From: an archaeon
GTDB lineage: Archaea > Methanobacteriota_B > Thermococci > Methanofastidiosales > NM3
Direction: 5' to 3'
Assembly (NCBI GenBank): GCA_004212155.1
Contig: RXIG01000001.1
Span: 64,001 to 128,000, forward strand
DNA: 64,000 nt
Each line of letters begins with the position of its first letter. The stretch's first letter is position 1. The notes under the pieces were generated by a model. The model was not told the origin of the DNA. It made no database searches and was given only the letters and a program-made list of their open reading frames with translations. Positions 9,769 to 20,428 of this stretch are shown one piece after another. The position numbers were made by a program, and so were the translations under genes.

Positions 9769-9909
9769 TGGTGGCGGGGAAGGGATTTGAACCCCTGAAC
9801 CTCTACAGGAATGGATTTCCCATCACACCCCTTGCAAGGCGATTTTTGCGTCCCGTTTCGGGCCTGGATCTTGAGTCCATCGCCTTTGACCAAACTCGGC
9901 AACCCCGCC
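9769..9909 (-). tRNA. tRNA-Leu(CAA) with 53-nt intron at 37/38 (intron 9817-9869), encoded CCA
   Basis: Acceptor GGCGGGG/CCCCGCC, anticodon arm ATGGA-CTCAAG|A-TCCAT, long variable arm, T-loop TTCAAAT; bulge-helix-bulge with CTCA/TGGG central helix. Confidence 0.95.
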
Positions 9910-10369
9910 TTTTTTCCCCTTAAGGGAGTGAGTTGTGCATTCGATTTTCTATATAAAAAGTTATCGAAAAGGAAGGCTTTGAACATTAGGCACGCATAAA
10001 ACATAAAATTCAAATGAAAAGAACACAATTGCACTCATTTCTTTCACGTGTCTGTGTATCCATTCCAATATTCCTCCATACTCTTTTAAACGTGTTTGCG
10101 CATCGCTTGCTTCAGGCAATACTGTAAAACATCCGTTTTTACCAGCGCGTGCTATCATGCATTTCAACATCATGTGCGGCAGTTCCCTTCTTTCCAAGGC
10201 ACCCCTAGCGTTGTCGTACAATGACGCATTTTTGAATCAAATTCCTATTTTTTATTATTTTAATGAAAAATAATACTTATATTACTTTTTTTCAGGTAAA
10301 ATATCTAAATTATGATACCGAAAGGCTTAATAAGATGATATGAGATGGTAGGACTACCTACATAGATGG

Positions 10370-11626
10370 GTGATTATTGTGGCCGAGGAGTTAAATCCAT
10401 TTAAAATAGCTCAAGCTCAGCTTGAGAAATCCGCTAAGGTCTTGGGCCTTGACCCCGACGTGCTGGAGATGCTTCGCGAACCCATGCGTACGCTTGAGGT
10501 CCGCATACCAGTGCGTATGGACGACGGGAGCACCAAGACATTCACGGGATTCAGGGTTCAGTATAATGATGCAAGGGGTCCGACCAAGGGCGGCATCAGG
10601 TTCCATCCGGATGAGACGATAGACACGGTCAAGGCGTTGGCCAGCTGGATGACATGGAAATGCGCTGTTGTTGGCATCCCCTACGGCGGTGGAAAGGGTG
10701 GCGTCATATGCAACCCCAAGGAACTATCCGAATCAGAGCTTGAACGGCTCTCGAGGGGCTACATCCGTGCCATCGCGCAGTTTGTCAGTCCGCTCAAGGA
10801 CGTTCCAGCGCCCGATGTCTACACAACACCGCAGGTCATGGCCTGGATGATGGACGAGTACTCCAAGATCGTCCAGTACAATGCGCCTGGGATCATCACC
10901 GGCAAACCGATACCTGTGGGGGGTTCTGTCGGCCGCGGCGCAGCCACGGCACAAGGTGCCGTCTACTGCATACGCGAGGCGGCCGGTGTACTCGATATGG
11001 ACCTCTCGAAGTGTACGGCAGTTATACAGGGATATGGCAATGCTGGTCATCACGCCGCCCGCCTTCTCAACGAGATGGGCGTCACGATCATCGCCGTATC
11101 CGACTCGAAAGGCGGCGTCTACAAGAAGGACGGCATCGATCCCGATGCGATGTTCGAGTTCAAGCAGAAGACGCGCTCGGTCCGCGACTTCGAGGGGGCT
11201 AAAAATATCACCAACGATGAGCTGCTCGAGCTCGAGTGCGACTTCCTCCTCCCCGCGGCACTCGAGAATCAGATAACGGGAGCTAACGCAGACAAGATCA
11301 AGGCAAAGGTCGTGGCGGAGGTCGCCAACGGTCCCGTGACGCCTGATGCGGATGCGATCTTCAAGAAGCGTGGCATATTCAGCATACCCGACTTCCTCTG
11401 CAACGCGGGAGGCGTGACGGTGTCGTACTTCGAATGGGTACAGAATCAGACGGGGCTCTACTGGACCGAGAAGGAGGTCGCAGACCGACTTGACAGGATC
11501 ATGACCGAATCGTTCCATGCAGTCTACGACACATCAGGGGAAAAGGACATCGACATGCGCACTGCAGCCTACGTCCTTGCGGTGGCCCGTGTCGTCGAGT
11601 CGATGCGCCTGCGCGGCTGGTGCTAG
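10370..11626 (+). CDS. gdhA: Glutamate dehydrogenase
   Basis: [43 protein letters not shown]. Confidence 0.96.
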   Translation: MIIVAEELNPFKIAQAQLEKSAKVLGLDPDVLEMLREPMRTLEVRIPVRMDDGSTKTFTGFRVQYNDARGPTKGGIRFHPDETIDTVKALASWMTWKCAVVGIPYGGGKGGVICNPKELSESELERLSRGYIRAIAQFVSPLKDVPAPDVYTTPQVMAWMMDEYSKIVQYNAPGIITGKPIPVGGSVGRGAATAQGAVYCIREAAGVLDMDLSKCTAVIQGYGNAGHHAARLLNEMGVTIIAVSDSKGGVYKKDGIDPDAMFEFKQKTRSVRDFEGAKNITNDELLELECDFLLPAALENQITGANADKIKAKVVAEVANGPVTPDADAIFKKRGIFSIPDFLCNAGGVTVSYFEWVQNQTGLYWTEKEVADRLDRIMTESFHAVYDTSGEKDIDMRTAAYVLAVARVVESMRLRGWC

Positions 11627-11627
11627 A

Positions 11628-11648
11628 TCCTCTCTTTTCTTCCTTTTT
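11628..11648 (+). terminator. Pyrimidine/T-rich archaeal terminator between convergent gdhA and hisS
   Basis: tcctctcttttcttccttttt directly after the gdhA stop. Confidence 0.45.
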
Positions 11649-12928
11649 TACTCTTTTAATGTTTTATAGAATTCGTCCATGGGGACCTGCTGCTGGTCTC
11701 CCGTCTCCATGTCCTTTACCGTGAACACGTGCGACTTCACGTCACGCTCGCCAACGATGATGACGCGTCGTGCGCCGATGCTGTTGGCAAGGTTCATCTG
11801 ATTCGAGAGATTCTTGCCCGAGAGGTCGTACTCCACGGTGGTTTTCGCGCGAAGCGCCCGTATGAGGCTGAACGCTTCGCGTTCAACATCGCCGATGGTG
11901 ACGACGAAGTAGTCGGGCCCGAAGGACGGCTCCGGCCACGTGCCCTCCTCCCTCATGAGCAATTCGAGCAGCGGCATTCCGATGGCGAACCCGACGGCGG
12001 GCATCGGCTGGCCCCCCAGCAGCTCGATGAGGTTGTCGTAGCGCCCTCCTCCGAACAGTGAGCGCATGCTGCGCCTCTTGTCGAAAACCTCGAACACCAT
12101 GTCGGTGTAGTATGCCAGACCGCGAACGATGGAGAGGTCGAGCGTGCAGTGCTCGTCCATACCGTAGCTTTCCAGCAACGACCCGATCTCCTCGAGCGTC
12201 GTCAGCGCATCGTCCGCGTGGGCTCCGCATGCGCCGAGCGTCTCCTTCACTTCCGGCAGCGTCTCGTGAATGGGGCCGTTGAGCGAGAGCAATCCCTCGA
12301 GTTGCTCATAGCACTCGTCGCCCACGCCGATCCCAGAGAGCATGTCCCTGAACTCGCCTTCATTGACCTTGGTGCGCTTGTCGACGATGGAGAACGCCTG
12401 CGATGCATCGATGCCGTGGGACGTAAAGAACTGTTCGATGAGCGTCCTGTCCGAGATGTGGAATCTGAAGTTGTCGAGACCGAGTGACAGCATGCAGTCG
12501 ATGCCGCAGGCGATCGTCTCGAAGTCGGCACGGCTTGAGCGGACACCGAGTATGTCGACGTTGAACTGGTAGAACTCGCGCTGTCGTCCGCGCTGAGGGC
12601 GCTCGTAGCGCCAGTGGCGCGAGAGAGAACACCACTTCACCGGCTTGACGAGCTCCTTCTGGCGCGATATCACCATCCGTGCGATGCTTGGCGTGAGCTC
12701 GGGGATGAGGCATATGTCGCGGCCCCCCTTGTCCTGGAACGCGTAGATCTCGTTTACGATCGCATCGCCTGACTTCTTCGTGATGAGCTCGAGCGGTTCG
12801 ATCGAGGGAGTGGTTACCTCCTTGAAGCCGTACGAGCGGGCCGTGGCATAGAGCGCATCATGCATATGCCGTCGTCCGATGTGGTCCTCGGGGTAGAAGT
12901 CTCGTACGCCGCGCAGTTTCTCATACAT
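11648..12928 (-). CDS. hisS: Histidine--tRNA ligase
   Basis: RGVRDF, WRYERPQRGRQREFYQ, RGLAYY, GGGRYD, AVGFAIG. Confidence 0.97.
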   Translation of the reverse strand: MYEKLRGVRDFYPEDHIGRRHMHDALYATARSYGFKEVTTPSIEPLELITKKSGDAIVNEIYAFQDKGGRDICLIPELTPSIARMVISRQKELVKPVKWCSLSRHWRYERPQRGRQREFYQFNVDILGVRSSRADFETIACGIDCMLSLGLDNFRFHISDRTLIEQFFTSHGIDASQAFSIVDKRTKVNEGEFRDMLSGIGVGDECYEQLEGLLSLNGPIHETLPEVKETLGACGAHADDALTTLEEIGSLLESYGMDEHCTLDLSIVRGLAYYTDMVFEVFDKRRSMRSLFGGGRYDNLIELLGGQPMPAVGFAIGMPLLELLMREEGTWPEPSFGPDYFVVTIGDVEREAFSLIRALRAKTTVEYDLSGKNLSNQMNLANSIGARRVIIVGERDVKSHVFTVKDMETGDQQQVPMDEFYKTLKE

Positions 12929-12936
12929 GGTCCCAC

Positions 12937-13494
12937 CTACTCGATCTCGCGCAACAGATTGTCCCTCGTGACGATGCCCACGTACTCGCCCCGGTCCTCG
13001 ACGAGCACGGCGTCGCGTTCTTCAAGCAGCCGTGCAACCGCGCGAAGCGATATGTGCTTGTCGACTGTCGGGAACGGATCGCCCATGTGGTCCGACACGA
13101 GCTTGTTCTGCCAGCCCTTGACGTCGTTGAGGATGAGGGAGGTGATGATCTTGTCGGTGATCGAACCGATGATGTTGCCTTTCTTTCCCACGACTGGCAA
13201 CTGGGAGAAGCCCTTCTCATGCATCTCCTGGGATGCCTCGAGGAGCTTGCTCTCCGCATGAATGTAATGGATCTCGGTGGTAAGGATGTCCTCGACCTTC
13301 TTCGAGGATGTCTGCTCCATCTCGGTAAGCGTGTCGAAAATACGCTTTGCCTTCTCGAAACTGAGATTGAGCTGGTCACGTTCGACCTTGGCGATGACGG
13401 ATTGGGAAACGCCCGCTCGCTTTGCCAGCTCCTTCTGGGTGATGCCCAACCGTTTTCGTATTGGTTTTATGTCGCTTAACTCCCTCATCGGCAC
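12937..13494 (-). CDS. XRE-HTH plus CBS-pair transcriptional regulator
   Basis: LGITQKELAKRAGVSQSVIAKVE HTH; FSQLPVV and GIVTRDN CBS motifs. Confidence 0.9.
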   Translation of the reverse strand: MPMRELSDIKPIRKRLGITQKELAKRAGVSQSVIAKVERDQLNLSFEKAKRIFDTLTEMEQTSSKKVEDILTTEIHYIHAESKLLEASQEMHEKGFSQLPVVGKKGNIIGSITDKIITSLILNDVKGWQNKLVSDHMGDPFPTVDKHISLRAVARLLEERDAVLVEDRGEYVGIVTRDNLLREIE

Positions 13495-13623
13495 CTAGAA
13501 AGGAGCATGCATTTATAATTGTTTTGTTTAAGTGTGGTTTTAGGAATAAATATATTCCTTTATCGCTCCCTGATGCGGGGTAGCCTTTTATGCCCGGAAC
13601 CACGTATCCTATCTTGTGATACC

Positions 13624-13941
13624 ATGGAGATACGTGATGCCCAACGGAAGATAGAAGCATTCTGCAAGGAGCGCACGTGGGACGAGTTTCGCCCTTCGCT
13701 CGTATATGTGCACCTCATGGAGGAGATATCCGAGATCGGCGAGGAGATACTCTTCGAGGAGGGCTACAAGAAGGAGGGTGCGGGCCACGAGCGCTCGAAC
13801 CCCGACGTGTCGCGCGAGTTCGCTCAGACGTTCTCGCTTCTTTTGCAACTCGCTTCTCACTTCGATGTCGACCTTGACGACGCCCTCGCCCGCGAGCTCG
13901 ATGTGATGAGGGAACGTTTCCCCCCTGAAAGATGGCAATGA
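13624..13941 (+). CDS. MazG-like nucleotide pyrophosphohydrolase
   Basis: HLMEEISEI...REFAQ...LASHFDVDL; likely start at ATG 13624. Confidence 0.8.
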   Translation: MEIRDAQRKIEAFCKERTWDEFRPSLVYVHLMEEISEIGEEILFEEGYKKEGAGHERSNPDVSREFAQTFSLLLQLASHFDVDLDDALARELDVMRERFPPERWQ

Positions 13942-13975
13942 TAAATGTTATATTCATGCGCGTGCATGTCTTCAC

Positions 13976-15406
13976 ATGGACCTGCGTACCCATGGATGGC
14001 TCATAGCACTGTGTTCGGTGCTCATCCTCGCATGCGTGCTCATGGCGGTGGCGGTCGTTTCCCATCAGCTGCCGTTCTCCTGGGACATATGGTACCATAT
14101 ACGATTGGGTGAGGCGTTCAAGGATGGGCTCGTGTGGTGGGACTGGGGTTCGTTTGGCCCACAGGGCCGGCCGCATCTCTATCCGCCAGGATTCCATATT
14201 CTCCTTGCAGCGCTTTCCATCGTTGGCCGCGTATCGGTCCAGACCATCGCACGCTACATGCCCCTCGTGGTCTTTCCCGCCACAATCGGCCTCTTCTACC
14301 TGCTCATGCGACAGTGGTTCGAACGGGACGTCTCGTTGCTCGCCGCAGCCCTTGCCGTGACGATACCGGTCTCCTACGACCGCGGCATCATATCTTCCCC
14401 CCAGGCGATCGGTACACTGTTCATGCTCGCCTCGTTCATATTCTGCGCCAGGATGCGAGGGCGCCTCGCATACGCAGCGCTCGCCGGCGCCTGCCTTGCC
14501 GTCGTCATTCTCACCCACGGACTCACGCTGATCGTGACCGTGACGATGCTGTGCCTCTACATCGCGCTCATAGCGTTCATGACACGAAGTGACAGGGAGG
14601 GGCTCAGGCGCTATGGCATCGCCGTGCTCGTACTTTCCGCCGTTGCGGTGCTCATACCATCCTACTGGCTCTACTACCTCTTCGACCACGGCGTCTATTC
14701 GACCATACCCGAGAGTGATTCCCTCCCCTTGAAGATGATCCCCAGCAAGCTAGGGGCGCTTCACCTGGGACTCGCCTTCCTTGGCATCGGGGGCGTGCTC
14801 ACGCGAAGGGACGAGGGGGGCACGTTTCTCGTCATGTGGCTCGTGGCTACGTTCTTGTTCTCCTCTGCGCTCTTCTGGGTGCTCCCATCGCGCTTCATCG
14901 AGTTCATGGCGCTGCCGGTCGCTGGTCTTGCGGCCATCGGCATCAGCGAGGTCGTACGTTCACGGCGCATCGTCACCGCCGTGGGCGTCGGTGGCATCGT
15001 GCTCGTCTCGCTTGCCGCGCCATACATCTACATGCACGCCATATCACCTGTCATCTATCCGGACGAGGACGCCGCGTTCGAGTGGCTCTCAAAGGGTTCT
15101 GCAGAGGGTGGGCAGGTCATGACAGGATGGTTCTTCGCACCTGTCGGCGCCGCGCTGTCGCCAGAAGTGCCGATCAAGGGCGCCTATTATTCGGGTTCGT
15201 ACAACTACATGGAGCGGACCAACGACACCGATGATTTCTACGGCGGTAAGCTCAGTGTGCTCTACAAGTACGGTGTCGACCACGTCTTCGTGGGGCGCAA
15301 GGAGCGCTTCGACTATCCTTCCCACGTTCTTCTCGACAGGAGCGACCTCCTCAACAAGACATATGATGGGACGCGCTCATCGTTGTATGCTGTCTGGGAG
15401 GATTGA
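13976..15406 (+). CDS. Polytopic membrane protein, putative GT-C fold glycosyltransferase
   Basis: N-terminal TM then DIWYH and YPPGFH loop, more than 10 TM, soluble C-terminal domain. Confidence 0.7.
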   Translation: MDLRTHGWLIALCSVLILACVLMAVAVVSHQLPFSWDIWYHIRLGEAFKDGLVWWDWGSFGPQGRPHLYPPGFHILLAALSIVGRVSVQTIARYMPLVVFPATIGLFYLLMRQWFERDVSLLAAALAVTIPVSYDRGIISSPQAIGTLFMLASFIFCARMRGRLAYAALAGACLAVVILTHGLTLIVTVTMLCLYIALIAFMTRSDREGLRRYGIAVLVLSAVAVLIPSYWLYYLFDHGVYSTIPESDSLPLKMIPSKLGALHLGLAFLGIGGVLTRRDEGGTFLVMWLVATFLFSSALFWVLPSRFIEFMALPVAGLAAIGISEVVRSRRIVTAVGVGGIVLVSLAAPYIYMHAISPVIYPDEDAAFEWLSKGSAEGGQVMTGWFFAPVGAALSPEVPIKGAYYSGSYNYMERTNDTDDFYGGKLSVLYKYGVDHVFVGRKERFDYPSHVLLDRSDLLNKTYDGTRSSLYAVWED

Positions 15407-15407
15407 G

Positions 15408-16649
15408 ATGCTCAAAAAGACGGCATTCGCATCTGTGCTTGCACTCGCCTTTCTTGTGCGTGCCGAACCATATCTCGTACACTCCTCGATCATGGGCGTG
15501 GATGCATACTACCATATGCGCATCATCGAGGACTTTTTCATACGCGACGCCCTCTACGCAGGCGGCAGGACAACGATATATCCTCCTCTGTTCCACCTCG
15601 TCATGCACATCATCCCGCTTTCCGTCCAGACACTCGCGCGCACCGTGCCGCCGCTCCTCTCGACATCGGTCATCTGCACGTTCGCATATATGCTGAGACA
15701 GCGTGCCGACGTTGCCATCGTCGGCACGTTCATGCTCGCGCTGCATCCCGCGCTCATCGCTCGCACCTACTTCATCCCTGAACTGCTCGCGATCGCCGTG
15801 GCGCCGCTGCTCTATGCATGGTTCGTCGATGGGCGCCCATTGCGAACGGCCGTCATGGTGGTGTTCCTCTCGCTTACGCATGTGTTCTCAGCGTTGATCT
15901 ACCTTGGTACGCTCGTGACAGTCTCCGGACGCGACAGGCGCGTGCGATTCGTTGCTATAGCGGCCTTGGTGACACTCGGTGCGTTCGTTGCGTTGCAGGG
16001 GCCGCGGATCCAGTATGCGCGCCCCTCGTTCATTGTGCCCCTGTTCATGACAATCGCGGTCTACCTGCCATTTGCCGTTCTTGGCCGCCCTCGCGGGCTG
16101 AAGGGGCGCACACTGCTCATCGGGACGATGGCGACTGTCGTTCTCTCCCTACTACTGCCCAGGGAGGTGGCAACGAGTCGGATAGGCGCCATCGGCGCCC
16201 TTTTTGTTTGCGGCACCGCTTCATATGGGCTCGTGCGCGCCTTCGAGCGCGACCGAAATGCCTTCTATGCGGCACTTGTCCTCTTCCTCGCACTCGGCCT
16301 CTCTGTCGGCCTTGCTCGCACGCCCGTTTATACACAGCCGGACATAGAAGCTGCAGGCCATCTTGGCGGCATGTCCGCATCGCCCGTCATGACGACGGCG
16401 GGCCATCTCGTGACATATCACGGGGCGTCCGTGCTCATCGATGAATATGCCGAGTTCTCCCCTCATCACGACAAGCGGAGTGAAGCGCTCTATGGGATCG
16501 TGCTACACGGAAGCACCGATTACCGTGTGCCCTCTGAAGCAGGGGTACGCTACCTCCACGTCGAGCGCTCAGTCTCGTTTTCGCGTGAACTGGGATTCTC
16601 ATGCCTCTACGACGACGGCGCGCGCATCTATCTTCTCACATCTAGATAG
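15408..16649 (+). CDS. Second polytopic putative GT-C fold glycosyltransferase (paralog)
   Basis: DAYYH and YPPLFH motifs, multi-TM; start at ATG 15408. Confidence 0.68.
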   Translation: MLKKTAFASVLALAFLVRAEPYLVHSSIMGVDAYYHMRIIEDFFIRDALYAGGRTTIYPPLFHLVMHIIPLSVQTLARTVPPLLSTSVICTFAYMLRQRADVAIVGTFMLALHPALIARTYFIPELLAIAVAPLLYAWFVDGRPLRTAVMVVFLSLTHVFSALIYLGTLVTVSGRDRRVRFVAIAALVTLGAFVALQGPRIQYARPSFIVPLFMTIAVYLPFAVLGRPRGLKGRTLLIGTMATVVLSLLLPREVATSRIGAIGALFVCGTASYGLVRAFERDRNAFYAALVLFLALGLSVGLARTPVYTQPDIEAAGHLGGMSASPVMTTAGHLVTYHGASVLIDEYAEFSPHHDKRSEALYGIVLHGSTDYRVPSEAGVRYLHVERSVSFSRELGFSCLYDDGARIYLLTSR

Positions 16650-16681
16650 CTTTTTAAGTGGGCACACGGTGAGATTTTCAC

Positions 16682-18391
16682 ATGTCAGATGATGTCGAGA
16701 CCCATATACGCGAACTGGCGCTCAAGAATGCCGTCTCGCATGGGGGCAGTGCGGAGAAAAAGGCTGTCATAAGCAAGCTCCTTGGTTCCCGCCCCGACCT
16801 TCGTGCGCACGCTCGGAAGGTCATACCCGACGTGGAACGCATCGTTGGCGAGGTGAATGCACTCTCCGAGTCGGCCCAGCGCGACGAGCTCGTTTCCATC
16901 GATCCCTCGTTTTTCGAGGTAGAGAAGAAGGAAAAGCGTTCGCTTCCCCCTTTGCCCGATGCGAAGGACGGCGCGGTCGTCACGCGTCTTCCACCCGAAC
17001 CGAACGGATACCCTCACATCGGCCACGGACTCTCGTTCTTCTTCAACCACTATTATGCGCGACACTATGATGGCAAGGTCATACTGCGCTTCGATGACAC
17101 GAATCCCCGCGCAGAGAAGGCAGAGTTCTATGAGGCCATACGCTCAGACCTGCGCTGGCTCGGGCTCGACTGGGAGAGAGAGCACAATATGTCGGATGAC
17201 ATGAAGGTCTATTACCAGTATGCTACGAAGCTCGTGGAACAGGGCGATGCCTATGTTTGCGACTGCGATCAAGAACGCGTGTCTGCGCTGCGCTACAAGG
17301 GCGAGGCCTGTCCCTGCAGTCAGAGGAACATCGAAGAGAACACATCGATGTGGGCTGCGATGTTCGATCGCGGGGAGGGCGAGGCCGTGCTGAGATTGCG
17401 CGGCGATGTCGCCTCGCAGAACACGGCCATGCGCGACCCCACGCTCTTTCGCGTCATCGACCACCCACACCCCATTCACGGCGACCGCTACTCGGTCTGG
17501 CCCGTCTACGACTTCGCATGTGCCATCGAGGATTCGATACTTGGCATCACCCATGTGCTTCGCTCAAACGAGTTCGCGCTTCGTATCGAGCTCCAGGACT
17601 TCATCCGTAGGCGTCTTGGCCTGCGCAGCCCCGTCACGCTCCAGTACTCCCGCTTCACCATCCGGGGATCTCCTACGTCCAAGCGCCTGATACGCCCTCT
17701 GATCGAGGAGGGCGTCGTCTCCGGGTATGACGACCCTCGACTCGTCACGCTGCGCGCACTGCACAGGCGCGGCATCGTGCCGGAAACAGTGGGCGAGCTC
17801 GCCAAGGAAATCGGGCTCTCGACGTCAGAGCCTGAGATCGACTGGTCGCTTGTCGAGTCGATCAACCGAAAGCTCATAGATCCGGTGGCGAAACGGTACT
17901 TCTTCGTTGAGGATCCGGTGCGCCTCGAAATTGAGGGCCTCGCCCCCGGAGAGGTCACGCTGCCCCTCCATCCGACCGCCGACCTTGGAACGCGCACGAT
18001 ACCAGTGAGCACCACCCTTTTCATATCAAAGGAGGATGCCGCCGCCCTGGCCCCGGCTGACAGGATCCGCCTCAAAGACCTGTGCAACATCGATATCCTT
18101 GAAGCGGGCGACACCGTCACGGCTCGCGTCACCGAAGAGAAGGTCGACTTGCGTTCGATCCAGAAGATCCAGTGGGCCCCCGAAGGGGGGGTTGCGATCG
18201 AGATGACCGTCCCATCCCCCCTCTATGTCGACAAGGAGCTCCAGAGGGACAGCATTGCTTACGTCACGGGCATCGCCGAGCCTGCCTTCGGAGCATGTGA
18301 GGTCGACGACATCGTGCAGTTCGAGCGGGTCGGATTCGCGCGCGTCGATACAAAGGGGGAGCCCGTGCGCGTCATATTCGCACACCGTTGA
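16682..18391 (+). CDS. gltX: Glutamate--tRNA ligase (archaeal, non-discriminating)
   Basis: PPEPNGYPHIGH, RFDDTNP, WPVYDFAC, ITHVLR, QFERVGF. Confidence 0.96.
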   Translation: MSDDVETHIRELALKNAVSHGGSAEKKAVISKLLGSRPDLRAHARKVIPDVERIVGEVNALSESAQRDELVSIDPSFFEVEKKEKRSLPPLPDAKDGAVVTRLPPEPNGYPHIGHGLSFFFNHYYARHYDGKVILRFDDTNPRAEKAEFYEAIRSDLRWLGLDWEREHNMSDDMKVYYQYATKLVEQGDAYVCDCDQERVSALRYKGEACPCSQRNIEENTSMWAAMFDRGEGEAVLRLRGDVASQNTAMRDPTLFRVIDHPHPIHGDRYSVWPVYDFACAIEDSILGITHVLRSNEFALRIELQDFIRRRLGLRSPVTLQYSRFTIRGSPTSKRLIRPLIEEGVVSGYDDPRLVTLRALHRRGIVPETVGELAKEIGLSTSEPEIDWSLVESINRKLIDPVAKRYFFVEDPVRLEIEGLAPGEVTLPLHPTADLGTRTIPVSTTLFISKEDAAALAPADRIRLKDLCNIDILEAGDTVTARVTEEKVDLRSIQKIQWAPEGGVAIEMTVPSPLYVDKELQRDSIAYVTGIAEPAFGACEVDDIVQFERVGFARVDTKGEPVRVIFAHR

Positions 18392-18435
18392 TAAAAAACC
18401 GAAAGCGTTAAAGTCATCCCATGTGATGAAGTGGT

Positions 18436-18969
18436 ATGGAACAGCCGATGACAACACTCGTGGAACTGGAAAAGCGACACCTGCCCTTTCTCGATTCACT
18501 GTGGAAGGACCCCAACGTGACGTGCTACACTGGTATCCCGTCCGGAGGCATCGACGTCTACGCCTGGTACGAGCGATACGCACGCACCAGCGACAAGCAC
18601 GAGGGGGACACGGGCCACTTCATGATCTACGCAGACGACACACCGATCGGAGAGACCGCATACGGCATGCTTCCGCGCGAGTTCATATTCGGTTCGTGGT
18701 CAAAGGACGTGAAGCGGCCCTGCGCCCTGGCCGACATCAAGCTTGCCACCGACCACTGGGGAAGGGGGTATGCGACCGATGCGTTCCTGCAGCTCATCGA
18801 CCACGTCTTCACGAACACACGCGCCGTAGACATCATAGCACTTCCCCACGAGGCGAACGAACGTGCATTGCGGCTCTATGAGCGATGCGGCCTTGTCTCG
18901 ACAGGCGCGTCCAACCCATATGGGATGCTCGTATTCACCATCACGAAAGAGATGTGGAACGATGGTTAA
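18436..18969 (+). CDS. GNAT N-acetyltransferase (RimJ/RimL-like)
   Basis: WGRGYAT, NERALRLYERCG. Confidence 0.85.
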   Translation: MEQPMTTLVELEKRHLPFLDSLWKDPNVTCYTGIPSGGIDVYAWYERYARTSDKHEGDTGHFMIYADDTPIGETAYGMLPREFIFGSWSKDVKRPCALADIKLATDHWGRGYATDAFLQLIDHVFTNTRAVDIIALPHEANERALRLYERCGLVSTGASNPYGMLVFTITKEMWNDG

Positions 18970-19474
18970 GATCGTCATTTACCATGCGCGTCAGTGCCAT
19001 CCCAAGAAGTGCACGGCCCGGCGATTGGGCAAGTTCGGCCTTGCAGCGATCGTCGAACGGGTCGATGCGATCCCCTACGGATCGATCTACCTCAACCCGT
19101 TCTCGGCAAAGGCGCTCTCGCCCGCTGACAGGGAGCATCTCAATCAGGGCATCTCGGCGCTCGACTGTTCGTGGGAGACGGCCTCGCTGCTGTTCAAGCG
19201 CATCTCACCGCGCGTGGAGGACAGGTGCCTCCCGTACCTCGTCGCCGCCAATCCGACAAACTTCGGGAAGCCCACCAAGCTCTCGACCGCAGAGGCCGTC
19301 GCAGCAGCTCTTTATATCCTTGGGGAGAAGCCAAAAGCTTTAAATATCATGGATAGATTCAAATGGGGTAAAACATTTATCGATCTTAATCGTGAGCTCT
19401 TGGAGCGCTATTCCGAAGCACATGATAGCAGCGAGGTCGTAGAGATCCAACGCGAATACATGACGGGGGACTAA
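18962..19474 (+). CDS. tsr3: SSU rRNA aminocarboxypropyltransferase Tsr3
   Basis: [40 protein letters not shown]. Confidence 0.95.
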   Translation: MVKIVIYHARQCHPKKCTARRLGKFGLAAIVERVDAIPYGSIYLNPFSAKALSPADREHLNQGISALDCSWETASLLFKRISPRVEDRCLPYLVAANPTNFGKPTKLSTAEAVAAALYILGEKPKALNIMDRFKWGKTFIDLNRELLERYSEAHDSSEVVEIQREYMTGD

Positions 19475-19475
19475 T

Positions 19476-19619
19476 ATGAGATCACAGATAGCCGAGTTGA
19501 GACTGTTCAAGACGAAAATTTGTATGAAGTGCAATGCGAGAAACGGTTGGAAGGCGAAGAAGTGCAGAAAGTGCAATTCATCCTCATTGCGCTACAAGGC
19601 TAAGGAAAAGAGGGCCTAA
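19476..19619 (+). CDS. rpl40e: 50S ribosomal protein L40e
   Basis: Below ORF-track cutoff; [47 protein letters not shown]; tsr3-rpl40e-GGGPS synteny. Confidence 0.95.
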   Translation: MRSQIAELRLFKTKICMKCNARNGWKAKKCRKCNSSSLRYKAKEKRA

Positions 19620-19690
19620 TCCTCCCTCATTCCCGTATTTTTTCAACCAACATTTTTATACTGTTCTCTTAATTCTGAATAGGTGCTTAC

Positions 19691-20425
19691 ATGACAGGTC
19701 GCGTTGAGACGTCGATATTGGACATGCTTGCTCGCGGCAAGCTACACTTCACGTTGCTCGATCCTGACGATGTCACTCCCGAGCGCGCAAGGAATATAGT
19801 CACGAAGGCGGAGGAGGCGGGCACGTCAGCGATCATGATCGGCGGCTCCACCAACGCTGCCGGACCGAACCTTGATGCGGTCGTGCAGGCGATAAAGGCT
19901 ACCACGTCGTTGCCGGTCATACTGTTTCCCGGCGGCGCCTCCGCGATCACGCCGCATGCCGACGCTATCTTCTTCATGTCGATCCTCAACTCACGCAACC
20001 CGTACTTCATCACGAAATCGCAAGCTCTCGGCGCCATCCCCGTCAAACAAGCAGGGATCGAGCCGATCCCAATGGCATATCTCGTCACCGAGCCCGGGAT
20101 GACCGTGGGATACATCGGTGAGGCCGACCTCCTCCCGCGAAACAAACCTGCGATCGCAGCGACATATGCGCTGGCAGGCCAGTACATGGGCATGCGCTTC
20201 GTCTATCTTGAGGCAGGGTCCGGGGCCGATGCACCAGCGCCCGCCGAGATGATCGGCGTCGTAAAGCGCGTCATCGATGTGCCCCTCATCGTGGGCGGAG
20301 GCATCACGACGCCCGAACAGGCGCGCACCGCCGTGACGGCAGGGGCCGACATCATCGTCACCGGCACGCTGGCAGAGAACGACCCCGACATGCTTGCGTC
20401 AATAATCAAGGCCATAGACGTGTAG
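19691..20425 (+). CDS. Geranylgeranylglyceryl phosphate synthase
   Basis: HFTLLDPD, IMIGGS, ILFPG, YLEAGSG, VGGGI, IVTGT. Confidence 0.94.
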   Translation: MTGRVETSILDMLARGKLHFTLLDPDDVTPERARNIVTKAEEAGTSAIMIGGSTNAAGPNLDAVVQAIKATTSLPVILFPGGASAITPHADAIFFMSILNSRNPYFITKSQALGAIPVKQAGIEPIPMAYLVTEPGMTVGYIGEADLLPRNKPAIAATYALAGQYMGMRFVYLEAGSGADAPAPAEMIGVVKRVIDVPLIVGGGITTPEQARTAVTAGADIIVTGTLAENDPDMLASIIKAIDV

Positions 20426-20428
20426 GCA

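Noticed and set aside
9961-10221. 86-aa minus-strand ORF between tRNA-Leu and gdhA
   Set aside because: No motif, atypical composition, lies in a divergent promoter region; cannot be supported
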